A stretch of 64,000 nucleotides of DNA. It comes from Chloroflexota bacterium (GTDB lineage: Bacteria > Chloroflexota > Anaerolineae > Anaerolineales > VGOW01). The notes under the pieces were generated by a model. The model saw nothing but the letters and a program-made list of their open reading frames with translations, did not search any database and was not told where the DNA came from. Shown here piece by piece: positions 18,638-28,383 of the stretch. Made by a program: the position numbers and the translations under genes. How positions within the stretch are numbered: the first letter of the stretch is position 1; each line of letters begins with the position of its first letter. Location of the stretch: assembly GCA_016197225.1 (NCBI GenBank), contig JACPWC010000057.1, forward strand, positions 44,675 to 108,674. Direction: 5' to 3'.

Positions 18638-19910
18638 AAATGTTCAGGCGGTTGATCAGGACTCGCGGCGGCTCGTCGGGACGCAATTTGCTCAGGCCGG
18701 CTCTGCTGTCCAGAACGTAGATGTCGAGCGGGAAGCGTCGAAAGGTGGCCCGCGTCCGTTCGCGCAAGACCAACAGACAGGCGCGCAGTGCATTCATCAC
18801 GCCGGGTTGGCGAACCAGCCTTACATCCAAATCCGAGGCCGGAGTCCATTTGCCCCGCGCCGGACTGCCGTACACGGCCAGGTAGGCGATGCTGAGTTCG
18901 GCTTGCGCCCGCGCAGTCAAAGCGGCGATGTAGTCTTCGAACTCCTCGCGGCTGTGCCGCACCCGGCCAAAGTGTTTGAGGACGACCCAGGGTTGCCCGT
19001 TCAACAAAAAGTTGAACGTGTGCGCCAGGCCGACGGCCAGAACGCACGCCCACGGCCAGCGCCCGCTCCACCCCAACATGATCGGGAACAAGGCAACGGC
19101 CAATAGCAAATCAATCCCCAGCTTGAAAAGCCGCTCGGTGCGATCCATGTACGTCATGCCCTGAAAGACCCAGTGAACACTCAGCGCCACAACTGGATTG
19201 CTCAATAAAGGTTGGAGCCAAGGCGATCTGGAAACCGCGTATGATTTTCTCTTGTTACCGGAAACGCGCATGACAACTTGTCGGATCTGTTCGCTCACTT
19301 CTTCCAAAAGTTGATCACTGCGAATGACAGGCATACCAAGATCGGCGGCCAATTGCCGATACACTTCCAGCCGGGTTTCCAACCGGCGATCCGTTCGCAG
19401 GTCTGGCCGCCGCTCGCGGATAGTGGCCGCATCCAAATCCAGAGCCACAATCGCCGCGCCCGTCGGGAGGAGGCGTGGATAAAGTTTCCCCGGCAAACGG
19501 CGGCTCAACCCGGGATCGTCAAACGCCACTGCCAGATCGGCAAGCATGTCCAACACAAACCGTTCGCACACAATCGTCTTGCCTAACCAGAGCGGCAAAT
19601 AGATATTGATCACCGCCGCCAGCGTCGCATCAATCAACAACAGCCAGGGCAACGTTAAACGCAACAGCCGCGAATTGCGAAAATCCCAGTAGCCATGCCG
19701 GACGCCGCCCGCGTCTTCATACCAACTGTGTCCGCGCCAGCGGGCATACAACAACACCGGCAAGCTCAACAGGAATGGAAAGCGCAGCCATAAATGCCGG
19801 GGCTTGACGTCCGAGGCAGTGAGGCGCGCCAGCAATGCTTTGGCCTGCGTGGATTTGCCCGTGCCATCGCAACCGGTGAGGTAAATAAAGTGCGGCCAGC
19901 CTTCATTCAT
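18633..19910 (-). CDS. fusion protein: thymidylate-kinase-like P-loop domain, TM segments and a Pol-beta-superfamily nucleotidyltransferase domain
   Basis: N-terminal GCDGTGKST matches the dTMP-kinase P-loop GxDGxGKST; C-terminal YGSPARGKWTPASDLDVRLV matches the minimal NTase motif GS..D.D. Start chosen at ATG 19910 (MNEGW), which overlaps the upstream TGA. Confidence 0.55.
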   Translation of the reverse strand: MNEGWPHFIYLTGCDGTGKSTQAKALLARLTASDVKPRHLWLRFPFLLSLPVLLYARWRGHSWYEDAGGVRHGYWDFRNSRLLRLTLPWLLLIDATLAAVINIYLPLWLGKTIVCERFVLDMLADLAVAFDDPGLSRRLPGKLYPRLLPTGAAIVALDLDAATIRERRPDLRTDRRLETRLEVYRQLAADLGMPVIRSDQLLEEVSEQIRQVVMRVSGNKRKSYAVSRSPWLQPLLSNPVVALSVHWVFQGMTYMDRTERLFKLGIDLLLAVALFPIMLGWSGRWPWACVLAVGLAHTFNFLLNGQPWVVLKHFGRVRHSREEFEDYIAALTARAQAELSIAYLAVYGSPARGKWTPASDLDVRLVRQPGVMNALRACLLVLRERTRATFRRFPLDIYVLDSRAGLSKLRPDEPPRVLINRLNIS

Positions 19911-21115
19911 AACTGTTGCAGAAGATACGCCCACCGCGAACCTACCTGCTCCCAGCTCGGCCACTGCGCCCCGAACGCCCGCGCCCACGCGGCCATTTGT
20001 TCCCGCCGCTCACGATTCGTCGCCAGAGACACCAACGCATTTGCCAGCGCCGCAACATCTGCCGGCGGCACACAAACGCCGCAATCCGCCGGAACCATCT
20101 CCGGCAGGCAAGCCGCCGTCGTCGTCACCACCGGTTTGCCCAGGGCCAGCGCTTCCAAAACGCTCAAGGGCATGTCGGACGGCACCAACTCAAACGGCAG
20201 GGCCACGATATCTGAAGCGGCCAGATAACATTTGACGCTTGAACGATCTAGGAAACCGGAGACGACGGTTGCAACTTGAAGCAACCCTTGTTGAGCGATC
20301 AAGTTCCGGACGCGCAACTCTGCCGCCGCCATCTCCTCATTGTGACGGCGCGAGAGGATCAACAGTTTGAGCCGGGGCGCGTTCTCTCGCGCCCGCGCCA
20401 CTGCCCTGACCAGCGCATCAATTCCTCGCAACCGCATTGGCGCTCCGGCGTATGCCACCACTACATCATCCGGCGCAAAGCCCAACTGTTGCCGCGCCGC
20501 TGGCAGTTGATCTGCCGGAAACGATTCTTGCCATTCGGCCTCAAGGCCGGGCGGGATACAGGCAACGTGATTCGCCGGCGCCCCTCGCCCGATCAACCGT
20601 TGCCTGGCAGTTTCGCTCAACGTGACCAGGCGGCGCAAACCGCTTTGTGCGCTCCGACGGATGGCGATGCCCGGCACGAGCCGCCCCACAAAATGGGCGA
20701 TGGAGAGTTCCTTCTCCGCAACCAGCGATGGCAGGCCGGGGCGCAACAATTCCCGGAGATCATAAACCGGGCTGGTGAAGACGCCAATGGAGGGCGCAGA
20801 GAATCGGCCTGCAATATCAAAATGAAAAAAACTCGTCAGGCCGAGATGCCAGATCAACAACTCCGGCTCAAGCCGGCGAATGGCATTTGCGAGAGCAGGA
20901 TTGGCTTGCCACCACACCGGGCGAACATCGGGCAGGCGGTGGATATTAACGCCCGCCAGTGACTCTTCGACGGGGCCGCCGTCTTCTGAGGTGGAGAGGA
21001 TCGTCACCAAATGCCCCGACTGGCCGAGGCCACGCGCCGTCTCGATCAAATATCGCCAGGGTTGCAGTCGCCATCGAGCCGCCGTCAACCCGGCGGCGAC
21101 TATACAGACCTTCAT
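19907..21115 (-). CDS. glycosyltransferase family 4
   Basis: GT-B fold motifs: ...GFLDRSSVKCYLAASDIVALPF...ALALGKPVV. Start at ATG 21115 (MKVCIVAAG). Confidence 0.7.
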   Translation of the reverse strand: MKVCIVAAGLTAARWRLQPWRYLIETARGLGQSGHLVTILSTSEDGGPVEESLAGVNIHRLPDVRPVWWQANPALANAIRRLEPELLIWHLGLTSFFHFDIAGRFSAPSIGVFTSPVYDLRELLRPGLPSLVAEKELSIAHFVGRLVPGIAIRRSAQSGLRRLVTLSETARQRLIGRGAPANHVACIPPGLEAEWQESFPADQLPAARQQLGFAPDDVVVAYAGAPMRLRGIDALVRAVARARENAPRLKLLILSRRHNEEMAAAELRVRNLIAQQGLLQVATVVSGFLDRSSVKCYLAASDIVALPFELVPSDMPLSVLEALALGKPVVTTTAACLPEMVPADCGVCVPPADVAALANALVSLATNRERREQMAAWARAFGAQWPSWEQVGSRWAYLLQQL

Positions 21116-21116
21116 C

Positions 21117-22250
21117 CTAACCCGCCCCGAGCAACTGCCGATAAATTTGCAGATAACGCCCGCCGACCTTCTCCCACGAATACCGCGCTTCAATCGTCTG
21201 CCGGGCGGCGCGGCCCAAACGTTGGCCTAATGCCGGGTCGGCCAGCAAACGGGCGACAGTCCCGGCCAGCGCCGCCGGGTCTTTGGGCGGAGTCAGCAAT
21301 CCGTTTTCTTCCGGCTCGACGACATCGAGCGCGCCGCTCACGGCGGTGGCAACCACCGGGCGGCCACAGGCCATCGCTTCCAGCAACACGGTGGGCAGTC
21401 CTTCGTAATGCGCCGGATGAACAAAGACCGCCGCCCCCCGGTACAGCGCCGCCATCCGTTGCCGGTCGGCGATGTGGCCGAGCAGTTCAACCCGGCCACT
21501 CAACCCGGCTTTCTCAATTTGGGTTCGCAGTGATTGTTCGAGCGGGCCGCTTCCGGCAATCAAGAAGCGAACATCTGAAATTTGCTCAGTCACGATTCGG
21601 GCGCACTCGATCAGGTCTTCAAAACCTTTGCGTAATCCCAGTCGCCCGGCGGCCAACACGTAAGGCGCGGCGGTCTGCTCAACCTCAGCGGGCGAAAACA
21701 TTGTCGTATCCACGCCGTTGCCCAGCACGGCCACCGTTTCGGGTTTCAGTCCATATTCGGCCAATTCGCTGGCCACGCTCCGGGCCACCGCCGCAACTCG
21801 CGTTGCCCCCTTGAGCAACTGCTGTTCCACCCGGTAGCTCACTGGAGCCTGCAACCTGACGAGGAGCGCTTGAACGTTGCGAAGCGGGATCGAACGCGCG
21901 TCGGCCCGCATCGGCGTGTGGACGGTCAACAGGATTGGACGGCGGGTTTTAATAACAGGCGGCAGGGGCGAGTGCGCGTGGAAAACGTCAACGTCCGAGA
22001 GGGAGCGCGATATGAGTTGATTGACGAACAGGCTGTGCAGATGAACGTGCCAGGGGTAGACGGGCGCGAAGGTGGGCCGCCAGATGATGATCCCCTCGCG
22101 CTCTTCTCGTTGCGTTCGGCCCCAACTGCCCCGGGTGATGATCTGGACGGTATGCCCTTGCCGCAACAGGAAACGGGACAAATTCCAAACGTAATGCCCA
22201 ATGCCTTCTTGGGGCGGCACCGGCGTGGATGCAATCAGGCAAATGTTCAC
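21117..22250 (-). CDS. glycosyltransferase family 4
   Basis: EGLPTVLLEAMACGRPVVATAVSG, the E-x7-E motif. Confidence 0.8.
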   Translation of the reverse strand: MNICLIASTPVPPQEGIGHYVWNLSRFLLRQGHTVQIITRGSWGRTQREEREGIIIWRPTFAPVYPWHVHLHSLFVNQLISRSLSDVDVFHAHSPLPPVIKTRRPILLTVHTPMRADARSIPLRNVQALLVRLQAPVSYRVEQQLLKGATRVAAVARSVASELAEYGLKPETVAVLGNGVDTTMFSPAEVEQTAAPYVLAAGRLGLRKGFEDLIECARIVTEQISDVRFLIAGSGPLEQSLRTQIEKAGLSGRVELLGHIADRQRMAALYRGAAVFVHPAHYEGLPTVLLEAMACGRPVVATAVSGALDVVEPEENGLLTPPKDPAALAGTVARLLADPALGQRLGRAARQTIEARYSWEKVGGRYLQIYRQLLGAG

Positions 22251-22753
22251 GAAGTATTCAAGATCATCAGCGCCTGCTCCACTTCCATTTGATCCAACTG
22301 GGCCTTGAGCGCCGTTATCAATTGGCTCTTGTTAGAAGAAGCAACGACTTTGAGCTGCCGCGCCTGATTAATCGCCGCCGCCAATTGATCCATATCCTTT
22401 ACCATAACCGCTCGCCCGGATTCCTGCAAGGCCGCCGCCAGTTCAAGCTGATGATCGTCAATGATTTCGCCATATTTCTTCAGGCGCGGCGCCAGCACCA
22501 GAGGCTTGCCATATTTTTGCGCCAACAGAATTGAACCGGCCCCGGCGTGCGAGACGATGACGCTGGCCGTCTCATACCAATGCTCCATCTCGCTCTGCGG
22601 CGCAAACGAGAAAACGTCGGCGTGGGCGGGAGTGTAAACTGTCGAGCCGAGTTGTATCATCACCGTTTCCCCGGCGGTCCCGGCCAATTCATCCATGGCC
22701 TTTACCAATCGCAGGAATCCGATCGAGTGTGTGCCGACGGTGACGAAAATCAT
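22247..22753 (-). CDS. Alg13-like (GT28 C-terminal domain) glycosyltransferase subunit
   Basis: MIFVTVGTHSIGF...VIVSHAGAGSIL, the Alg13/PssE-like signature. ATGA overlap with the Alg14-like gene. Confidence 0.65.
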   Translation of the reverse strand: MIFVTVGTHSIGFLRLVKAMDELAGTAGETVMIQLGSTVYTPAHADVFSFAPQSEMEHWYETASVIVSHAGAGSILLAQKYGKPLVLAPRLKKYGEIIDDHQLELAAALQESGRAVMVKDMDQLAAAINQARQLKVVASSNKSQLITALKAQLDQMEVEQALMILNTS

Positions 22754-23199
22754 AGCAAGCCTCCTGCGAACCGCGCTTTCGGGCCGTACACTGGAGCCAA
22801 CGCCGGCCACTGCACAAAAAATTCGGTGGCGATGGGGTAAACCAGCCGCCCCGTTTGCGAAGGCGTGCTGAGGCGGCACACACTCTCGACGAAGATCGTC
22901 TTGATCCCCAACAGCCACGCCAGATAAAAGAATGGTAGCGCAATTTCGGAGCCGGTGCTGACCAGCAGATCGGGGCGCTCACGGTGGAAGATACGGATGG
23001 CGATCCATGTCGCCCGGAGCAGCCGCCACGGGCTGACGCCGATATTCTGAAGCTGATAGACTTGTTCCTGCTGGGCCAGAGTCTCCGCCCGCTCAGAAAC
23101 ATAAGTGACGTAGAAAACGCCATGCCCGGCAAAGGCCTCTCGCAACTCCAGCATCTCCGTCAGATGCCCGCCGTGAGAACAGACCAACCCGATTTTCAC
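22750..23199 (-). CDS. Alg14-like (GT28 N-terminal domain) glycosyltransferase membrane-associated subunit
   Basis: MKIGLVCSHGGHLTEML...LLVSTGSEIALPFFYLAWLLGIKTIFVES, typical of Alg14/PssD. Confidence 0.65.
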   Translation of the reverse strand: MKIGLVCSHGGHLTEMLELREAFAGHGVFYVTYVSERAETLAQQEQVYQLQNIGVSPWRLLRATWIAIRIFHRERPDLLVSTGSEIALPFFYLAWLLGIKTIFVESVCRLSTPSQTGRLVYPIATEFFVQWPALAPVYGPKARFAGGLL

Positions 23200-23214
23200 G
23201 ATCTGATTTCCTTT

Positions 23215-24321
23215 CTACCACCACACGACAGCCAGCGTCGCCGCTTTCAACAGAGCGAATAGCGGGCCGAAGGTCAATTTCGCCACCAACGCCACCGGGC
23301 CTTTCGCGGCCTGGGCAAAATCAATTGTGAAACCCGCCTGGCGCAGAATTGCCCGGTCGGAGACTTTGCGAAGTTTCTGAGTGGTCTGCCGTTTTCTCAG
23401 GATGTGTTGCCAATTCGCGCCGAGCCACTGATAGGCCAGCAATTTATTTTTGATGTTGCGCCGATCAGCCAGCAACACAAATCCCCAGGTGATCACTTCG
23501 GCCAGCAGGAGCGCGGGCAGAAGCGCGAACAACGTGGGCCAGCGCAGGTTCTTCAGGAGCATCAAGTAGCGGTTGCGCTCCTGGAAGAACACTTTGAGCG
23601 GGGTGATCTTCAGTGTGTAGCTGTGGCGGATGACGCTGTCTGGCGTGTACCAGTTTCGCCAGCCAGCCAGCCGGGCGCGCCACGAGAGATCGGTGTCTTC
23701 CATGTAAAGGAAGAAGTCTTCGTCAAACCCGCCGAGGGCGGCGAACGTTTCCCGCCGAATGGCAAAGGCCGCGCCCGAAACGGCGTTGACGGCTTCGGAT
23801 TTGTCGAAGGTTTCACGCGGCAGGCCGAGGCCCCGGCACAGAGTCAGGCCCGTCAGGTGAATGGCGTTGCCACAGGTGTTGATCCGGTCGGGTTGATCCG
23901 TAAGCACAATTTTCGATGTTACCAACCCGATCTGCAGATCGTTTTCAAACGGGGCCAGCATGGCTTCCAGCCAGCCTGCTTCTGCGACGGTGTCCGGGTT
24001 GAGAAATATGAGGTATTCGCCTTTCGCCCAGCTTGCGCCGATGTTGTTGCCGCCGCCAAAGCCGACGTTGGTTCGGGAGCGGATCAGCGTCACCTGAGGA
24101 AAATCGCGCTCCATAACATCAGCGCTTCCGTCGCCGGAAGCGTTGTCCACTACAACAACTTCACACTCCGGGCCGACAGTTTCCAGAATGGAGGCCAGGC
24201 AGGCGGATAGTTTTGCCCCGCTGTTGTAATTGACGATGATGACGCTTGCGTGAGGGGCGACTCGCCAGGCAAGCAGGGTGGGCGCTTTGTTCCGGGTTAG
24301 TACCGAATTGAGGGTTGTCAT
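23215..24321 (-). CDS. glycosyltransferase family 2
   Basis: VIIVNYNSGAKLSACLASI...VVVVDNASGDGS...FGGGNNIG, with the GT2 DxD region. Confidence 0.8.
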   Translation of the reverse strand: MTTLNSVLTRNKAPTLLAWRVAPHASVIIVNYNSGAKLSACLASILETVGPECEVVVVDNASGDGSADVMERDFPQVTLIRSRTNVGFGGGNNIGASWAKGEYLIFLNPDTVAEAGWLEAMLAPFENDLQIGLVTSKIVLTDQPDRINTCGNAIHLTGLTLCRGLGLPRETFDKSEAVNAVSGAAFAIRRETFAALGGFDEDFFLYMEDTDLSWRARLAGWRNWYTPDSVIRHSYTLKITPLKVFFQERNRYLMLLKNLRWPTLFALLPALLLAEVITWGFVLLADRRNIKNKLLAYQWLGANWQHILRKRQTTQKLRKVSDRAILRQAGFTIDFAQAAKGPVALVAKLTFGPLFALLKAATLAVVWW

Positions 24322-24336
24322 ATCCAGCTCCCTTTC

Positions 24337-25113
24337 CTATGGCGAGGAAGTTCCAGCAAGAGGCCGCCGTTCGAGTGGAGGCCGAGGCGGCTGAGCAAAG
24401 CCAAAACGCCGCTGGCGCTGGCCGACCAGCCGCAACATCTCGCTTAACACGGCCAGCCCGTGGATAAATACGTTTCGCTTCGGCCTGCCCTGATAGCGAA
24501 CGGTGATCGGCACTTCACCCAGCCTCAAATCGTAATCACGGGCCAGAAATTGCATCTCGGACTCCACCGCGAAGCCGCTTGATTGAAATGAGATTGTTTG
24601 GAGTGCGCGGGGAGAGAAAGCCCGGAACCCGCTCTGAGAGTCAGTGATCGAAGTGCCGGACACTGCATTGGTGAGGAAATTGAAGAGCAGATGGCCCAGG
24701 ATGCGGATCAGAGGCACCTCGTTGCGCTTCTCCAGATAGCGTGAGCCGATGACGATGTCGGCTTCACCCTTGAACACCGGGGCGGCCACTTTCGGCATTT
24801 CCTCTGGCAGGTGCTGGCCGTCGCCGTCTATAGTGACGACGACGGCTGGCTCAAGCTCGCGCGCCTTGCGGAAGCCGGTGTTGAGCGCCGCGCCTTTGCC
24901 CTGATTGCGCTCGTGCCTGACGACGATGGCCCCGGCGGCGCGCGCGATTTCGGCGGTGGCGTCGCTCGACCCGTCGTCAACGACGATCACCACGTCCGCA
25001 AAATCACCGGCCTTGAGCACCATGTCGCCAATGAAGCGCTCTTCGTTGAAGGCGGGGATGAGGGTCACCACTCTGGGATGGTTTGCCGGCAAAATGGATT
25101 TATTGGCGGCCAT
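24337..25113 (-). CDS. GT2 polyprenol-phosphate sugar synthase (dolichyl/polyprenyl-phosphate mannosyltransferase-like)
   Basis: TLIPAFNEE...VVVDDGSSD...DGDGQH...IGSRY, the DPM1-type GT2 signature. RBS AAGGAGA upstream. Confidence 0.75.
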   Translation of the reverse strand: MAANKSILPANHPRVVTLIPAFNEERFIGDMVLKAGDFADVVIVVDDGSSDATAEIARAAGAIVVRHERNQGKGAALNTGFRKARELEPAVVVTIDGDGQHLPEEMPKVAAPVFKGEADIVIGSRYLEKRNEVPLIRILGHLLFNFLTNAVSGTSITDSQSGFRAFSPRALQTISFQSSGFAVESEMQFLARDYDLRLGEVPITVRYQGRPKRNVFIHGLAVLSEMLRLVGQRQRRFGFAQPPRPPLERRPLAGTSSP

Positions 25114-25475
25114 ATGTTCTCCTTTGCAAAGTAGCGCTCCAGTGACCGGAGCTTTCCAAAATGTTGGGTTGCGCCTTGCCTTCCGGCAAAATAAAACGAG
25201 CCTGGTAAATCCAGGCTCGTTGAAGCTAAATTAGGAATGCGAGGGCCTATAATAAAAACTTCGGCGGCCTGGCGGTCATGGCCGACTCAGGCGGCTGTAG
25301 ACCCATAGCTTTGCGCCCCCGGCTTTCGCCGGGTTTGCCTTTATCAAGTTTTTAAGTTGACAGGTTCTATATTTACTTCTTAGTCTGGCGTTAGTATATG
25401 TCAGCATAATGATGATGTCAGTTGGTTTTTGGAGGGAATAGTTAGGAAAAGTAACATAAATTCCAGCGCCGGTGC

Positions 25476-25504
25476 TTGACATGAAAGATAGCGGGGGCTA
25501 CACT
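25476..25504 (+). promoter_or_regulatory. sigma70-like promoter candidate (TTGACA-17-TACACT)
   Basis: TTGACA at 25476-25481, 17-nt spacer, TACACT at 25499-25504, within an AT-richer intergenic island. Confidence 0.35.
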
Positions 25505-25777
25505 GCTAGCGCAAGCCGCGCGCCGAGCGATTGGCCGGAGAGATCAACGGTGTTAACGACTACAACTTTCACAGCTACCTCATCTACCCTTGCCGGGTCT
25601 CTGGCCGTTGTCGTCACCCTGCTATTGCTGGCTATGCTGATCCAAAAGGAAATGACGAGCGCGGCGAAGGATAGCCGCACCTGGAAGCTGGGCCGGGCCT
25701 TGAGCATTGCCATTGTTCCACTCCTTATCGCATTTATCTTAATTGCGGCTGTTAGGTTAATTGAGATTTTGCATTAG
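25481..25777 (+). CDS. small hypothetical membrane protein (two predicted TM helices)
   Basis: Open frame with two hydrophobic stretches (LAVVVTLLLLAMLI; LSIAIVPLLIAFILIAAV). It overlaps the candidate promoter, so either the promoter or the N-terminus is wrong. Confidence 0.25.
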   Translation: MKDSGGYTASASRAPSDWPERSTVLTTTTFTATSSTLAGSLAVVVTLLLLAMLIQKEMTSAAKDSRTWKLGRALSIAIVPLLIAFILIAAVRLIEILH

Positions 25778-26069
25778 CAAGGTGATGACCCAGCCGCTCT
25801 GCTTCCATTGCTCGGGCGAGTGCGCCGGGTGGAACAGGATGCATCCTTTTGGGCGACTGCGGCAGAAGACAACGCGAGAGCTTTGTACACTTCGCCTCAG
25901 AATTCGGGCGCAACTATCTGGCAAAACATGAATTGACGAACTGTTTTGATCTGGGCTAGACTGTATTATCTCAGCCTGGAGTGTGAGATATTGACTTGGG
26001 CCGCGAAGCCCTCGACCTTTCATCGGCGCGGAAGGTTGGGGGCTTTTCATTATTTGCTTCAAACGCTGA

Positions 26070-28383
26070 TTGCCAATGCTTTGCTTATCCGAAACCTCGA
26101 CGGCGGCCATGCCGCTCACTGCCCCGGACTGGCCGACGGCGCTAGGTATCTTGCGCGACGCCGGCACGACGATCAACCGTCTTGGCCCCGAAACCTCTTT
26201 GCCTGAGGCTCTCCAACTCATCGCCCAAACCGCCGCTCGTCTGATCGGTCTTGATCCGGCGGATTGCCCGACGGCGGTGATTTACACCTACGATGCCGCT
26301 CGTGGAGCGTTCGATCCGAACTCGCGCGTCTCTGCCGGGGAAGGCGAGTCGCCGCTTCTCGGCGACGCGCCACGACCGGACGGCGCGGGCGCAACGGCCC
26401 TCTCCCGCCGCTCGCGGGTGTTGTCGTATGAAGAGAACGGCATCGCCTTCCACCCTCTCAAACGGACAACCGGTCGGCGCGTTGTACATTGATCTACGTT
26501 CTGACCGCCGCTTCGCCGACGAAGAGTTGTTGCTGTTGGATACCTTTGTCCATTTGGCCGCCGTCGCCATTTACAACACGCGCCAGTTTGAGGGCATGAA
26601 CCGCGCTCTGCAACGCAAGGTGGACGAGCTCGAACGCCTCCAGCGCGCCGGACATCTGCTCAGCTCCCGCTTGAATCTGGATGATACGTTGCGCGAAATT
26701 CTCAACACCGCACTCGACCTGATCGGTGCCGAACACGGCTCGTTCCGGTTGCTGGACAAACGCGCCGGCCTCCTGCGCCTGAGCGCGATTGCGCCCAGCC
26801 CGGCCTTTGGCCGCCCTTCTCCCTCCGCAGGTTTCCCGTCCGAGGGCGAAGGCCTGGAAGTAAGCGAACGCAGTAGTGTGATGGGTTGGGTGGCCCAACA
26901 TCGCCGACCGATACGGATCGCCGACTTGCGCGAACCGCCCTGGGCCGAAATCTACCGCCCTCTGCATCCACTGCGCGAGATGCGCTCTGAACTGGCCGTG
27001 CCATTGTTGGGGCCGGGCGGCGGCCTGGAAGGTGTATTGAACCTCGAAAGCCCGCGCCCGGGCGCATTCGACGCCGAGGATCAACGGGTGCTTGAATCAC
27101 TCGCCACCCAGGCCGTCATCGCCATTCAGGAAGCCAAACTGCTGGCGGCCATCGAAGCAGTGACCGAGCAGTTGCTCATCCGCTCGCCGGACGAAACCTT
27201 CACCCTGTTGATCGAGCGCGCTTGCGACCTGCTCAACGTGCCGCATTCTGCGATCTGGGAGGTGTCGGATGGCGAGCCAAAGGTGTTGACTCTGCGAGCG
27301 TCTAACGGGGACTTTCCACCCAGTTACCAGGTGCCGGTGCAGAGCAGTTTATTGGGCGCCGCCGTGCTCACCCGCCGCCCGGTCATCAGCGGCGATCTGC
27401 ATTCAGATGCTCGCGTCCTGCGCCCGGAGTTGGCGCGGCAAATGGGCTGGACTTCGGCGCTCATCGCGCCGCTGGTCGCGCGCAACGGCACGCCGCGCGG
27501 CGCTTTCGGAGTCTACACAACCGGGCCACGTGCCTTTTCGGATTGGGACGTGCGCTTGTTGACTTGCCTGGCCAATCACGCCGCCGCCGCGCTTCAGCAG
27601 GCCGAGGCGCTGGCCCAGGTGAAGCTGGCCGAGGAAAGGCAAGCCGTCGCCGAGACGTTCGCCGTGCTGGGCGACGTGGCCGCCAACCTTCTGCACCGCG
27701 TCAACAACCGGGTTGGCCTGATCCCGGTGCAGGTGCAGGACATCGCCGACAAGCGCCCGGCCATCCTTGCCGATCCGTACCTGGAAGCGACGTTGCGTGA
27801 CATCGAAGACAGCGCCCGGGCCGCGATGGAAGCCGCCCGCGAGACGATGACTTATTTGCGCCCGCTCCATCTGCGGCCCATCGCCGTGGCCGCCTGTTAC
27901 CGGACGGCAGTTGCCTGGTTGGACCTGCCGCCCCACATTCGTCTTTCGGCCTCGGGGTTGGACTCCTTGCCGCCGGTGTGGGCCGGCGAGGAGCAACTGC
28001 GATTGGTCTTGTTCAATTTGATCGAAAACGCAATGGATGCCTTCGCCGATCGTTCCGGGCAGATCAGGGTGAGCGGGCGCATCGTCGCCGATTCGTTTGA
28101 CCGTGACCGGCAGTGGGTGGAGATCACCGTGGCCGACGACGGGCCGGGGGTGCCGCCGGCGACGCGGGGAAAAATATTCGACCCCGACTTTTCGACCAAG
28201 CGCTCCATCAACAAACTGGGCTTTGGGTTGTGGTGGGTCAAATCGTGGGTGCAACGTTGCGGCGGCAGTATTGCCCTGGCCGACTCGCCCCATTCGGCGA
28301 ACTTGACGGCGGAGGAAGGTGCGGGAGGAAGTGGCGGTTGCACCTTTGTCATCCGGCTCCCGCCCGCGCCGCGAGGTGAATGA
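26070..28383 (+). pseudogene. triple-GAF sensor histidine kinase, apparently interrupted by a +1 frameshift near 26450-26465
   Basis: Frame 0 (26070-26492) encodes the first half of a GAF domain and frame +1 (from ~26440) encodes its second half (QPVGALYIDLRSDRRF...AAVAIYN). Two more GAF domains follow, then HisKA (LLHRVNN H-box) and HATPase_c (IENAMDAF...DDGPGVP...GFGLW). Confidence 0.55.

Noticed and set aside
23404-24210. 268-aa plus-strand ORF inside the GT2 gene
   Set aside because: Antisense to a well-supported glycosyltransferase; no motifs.
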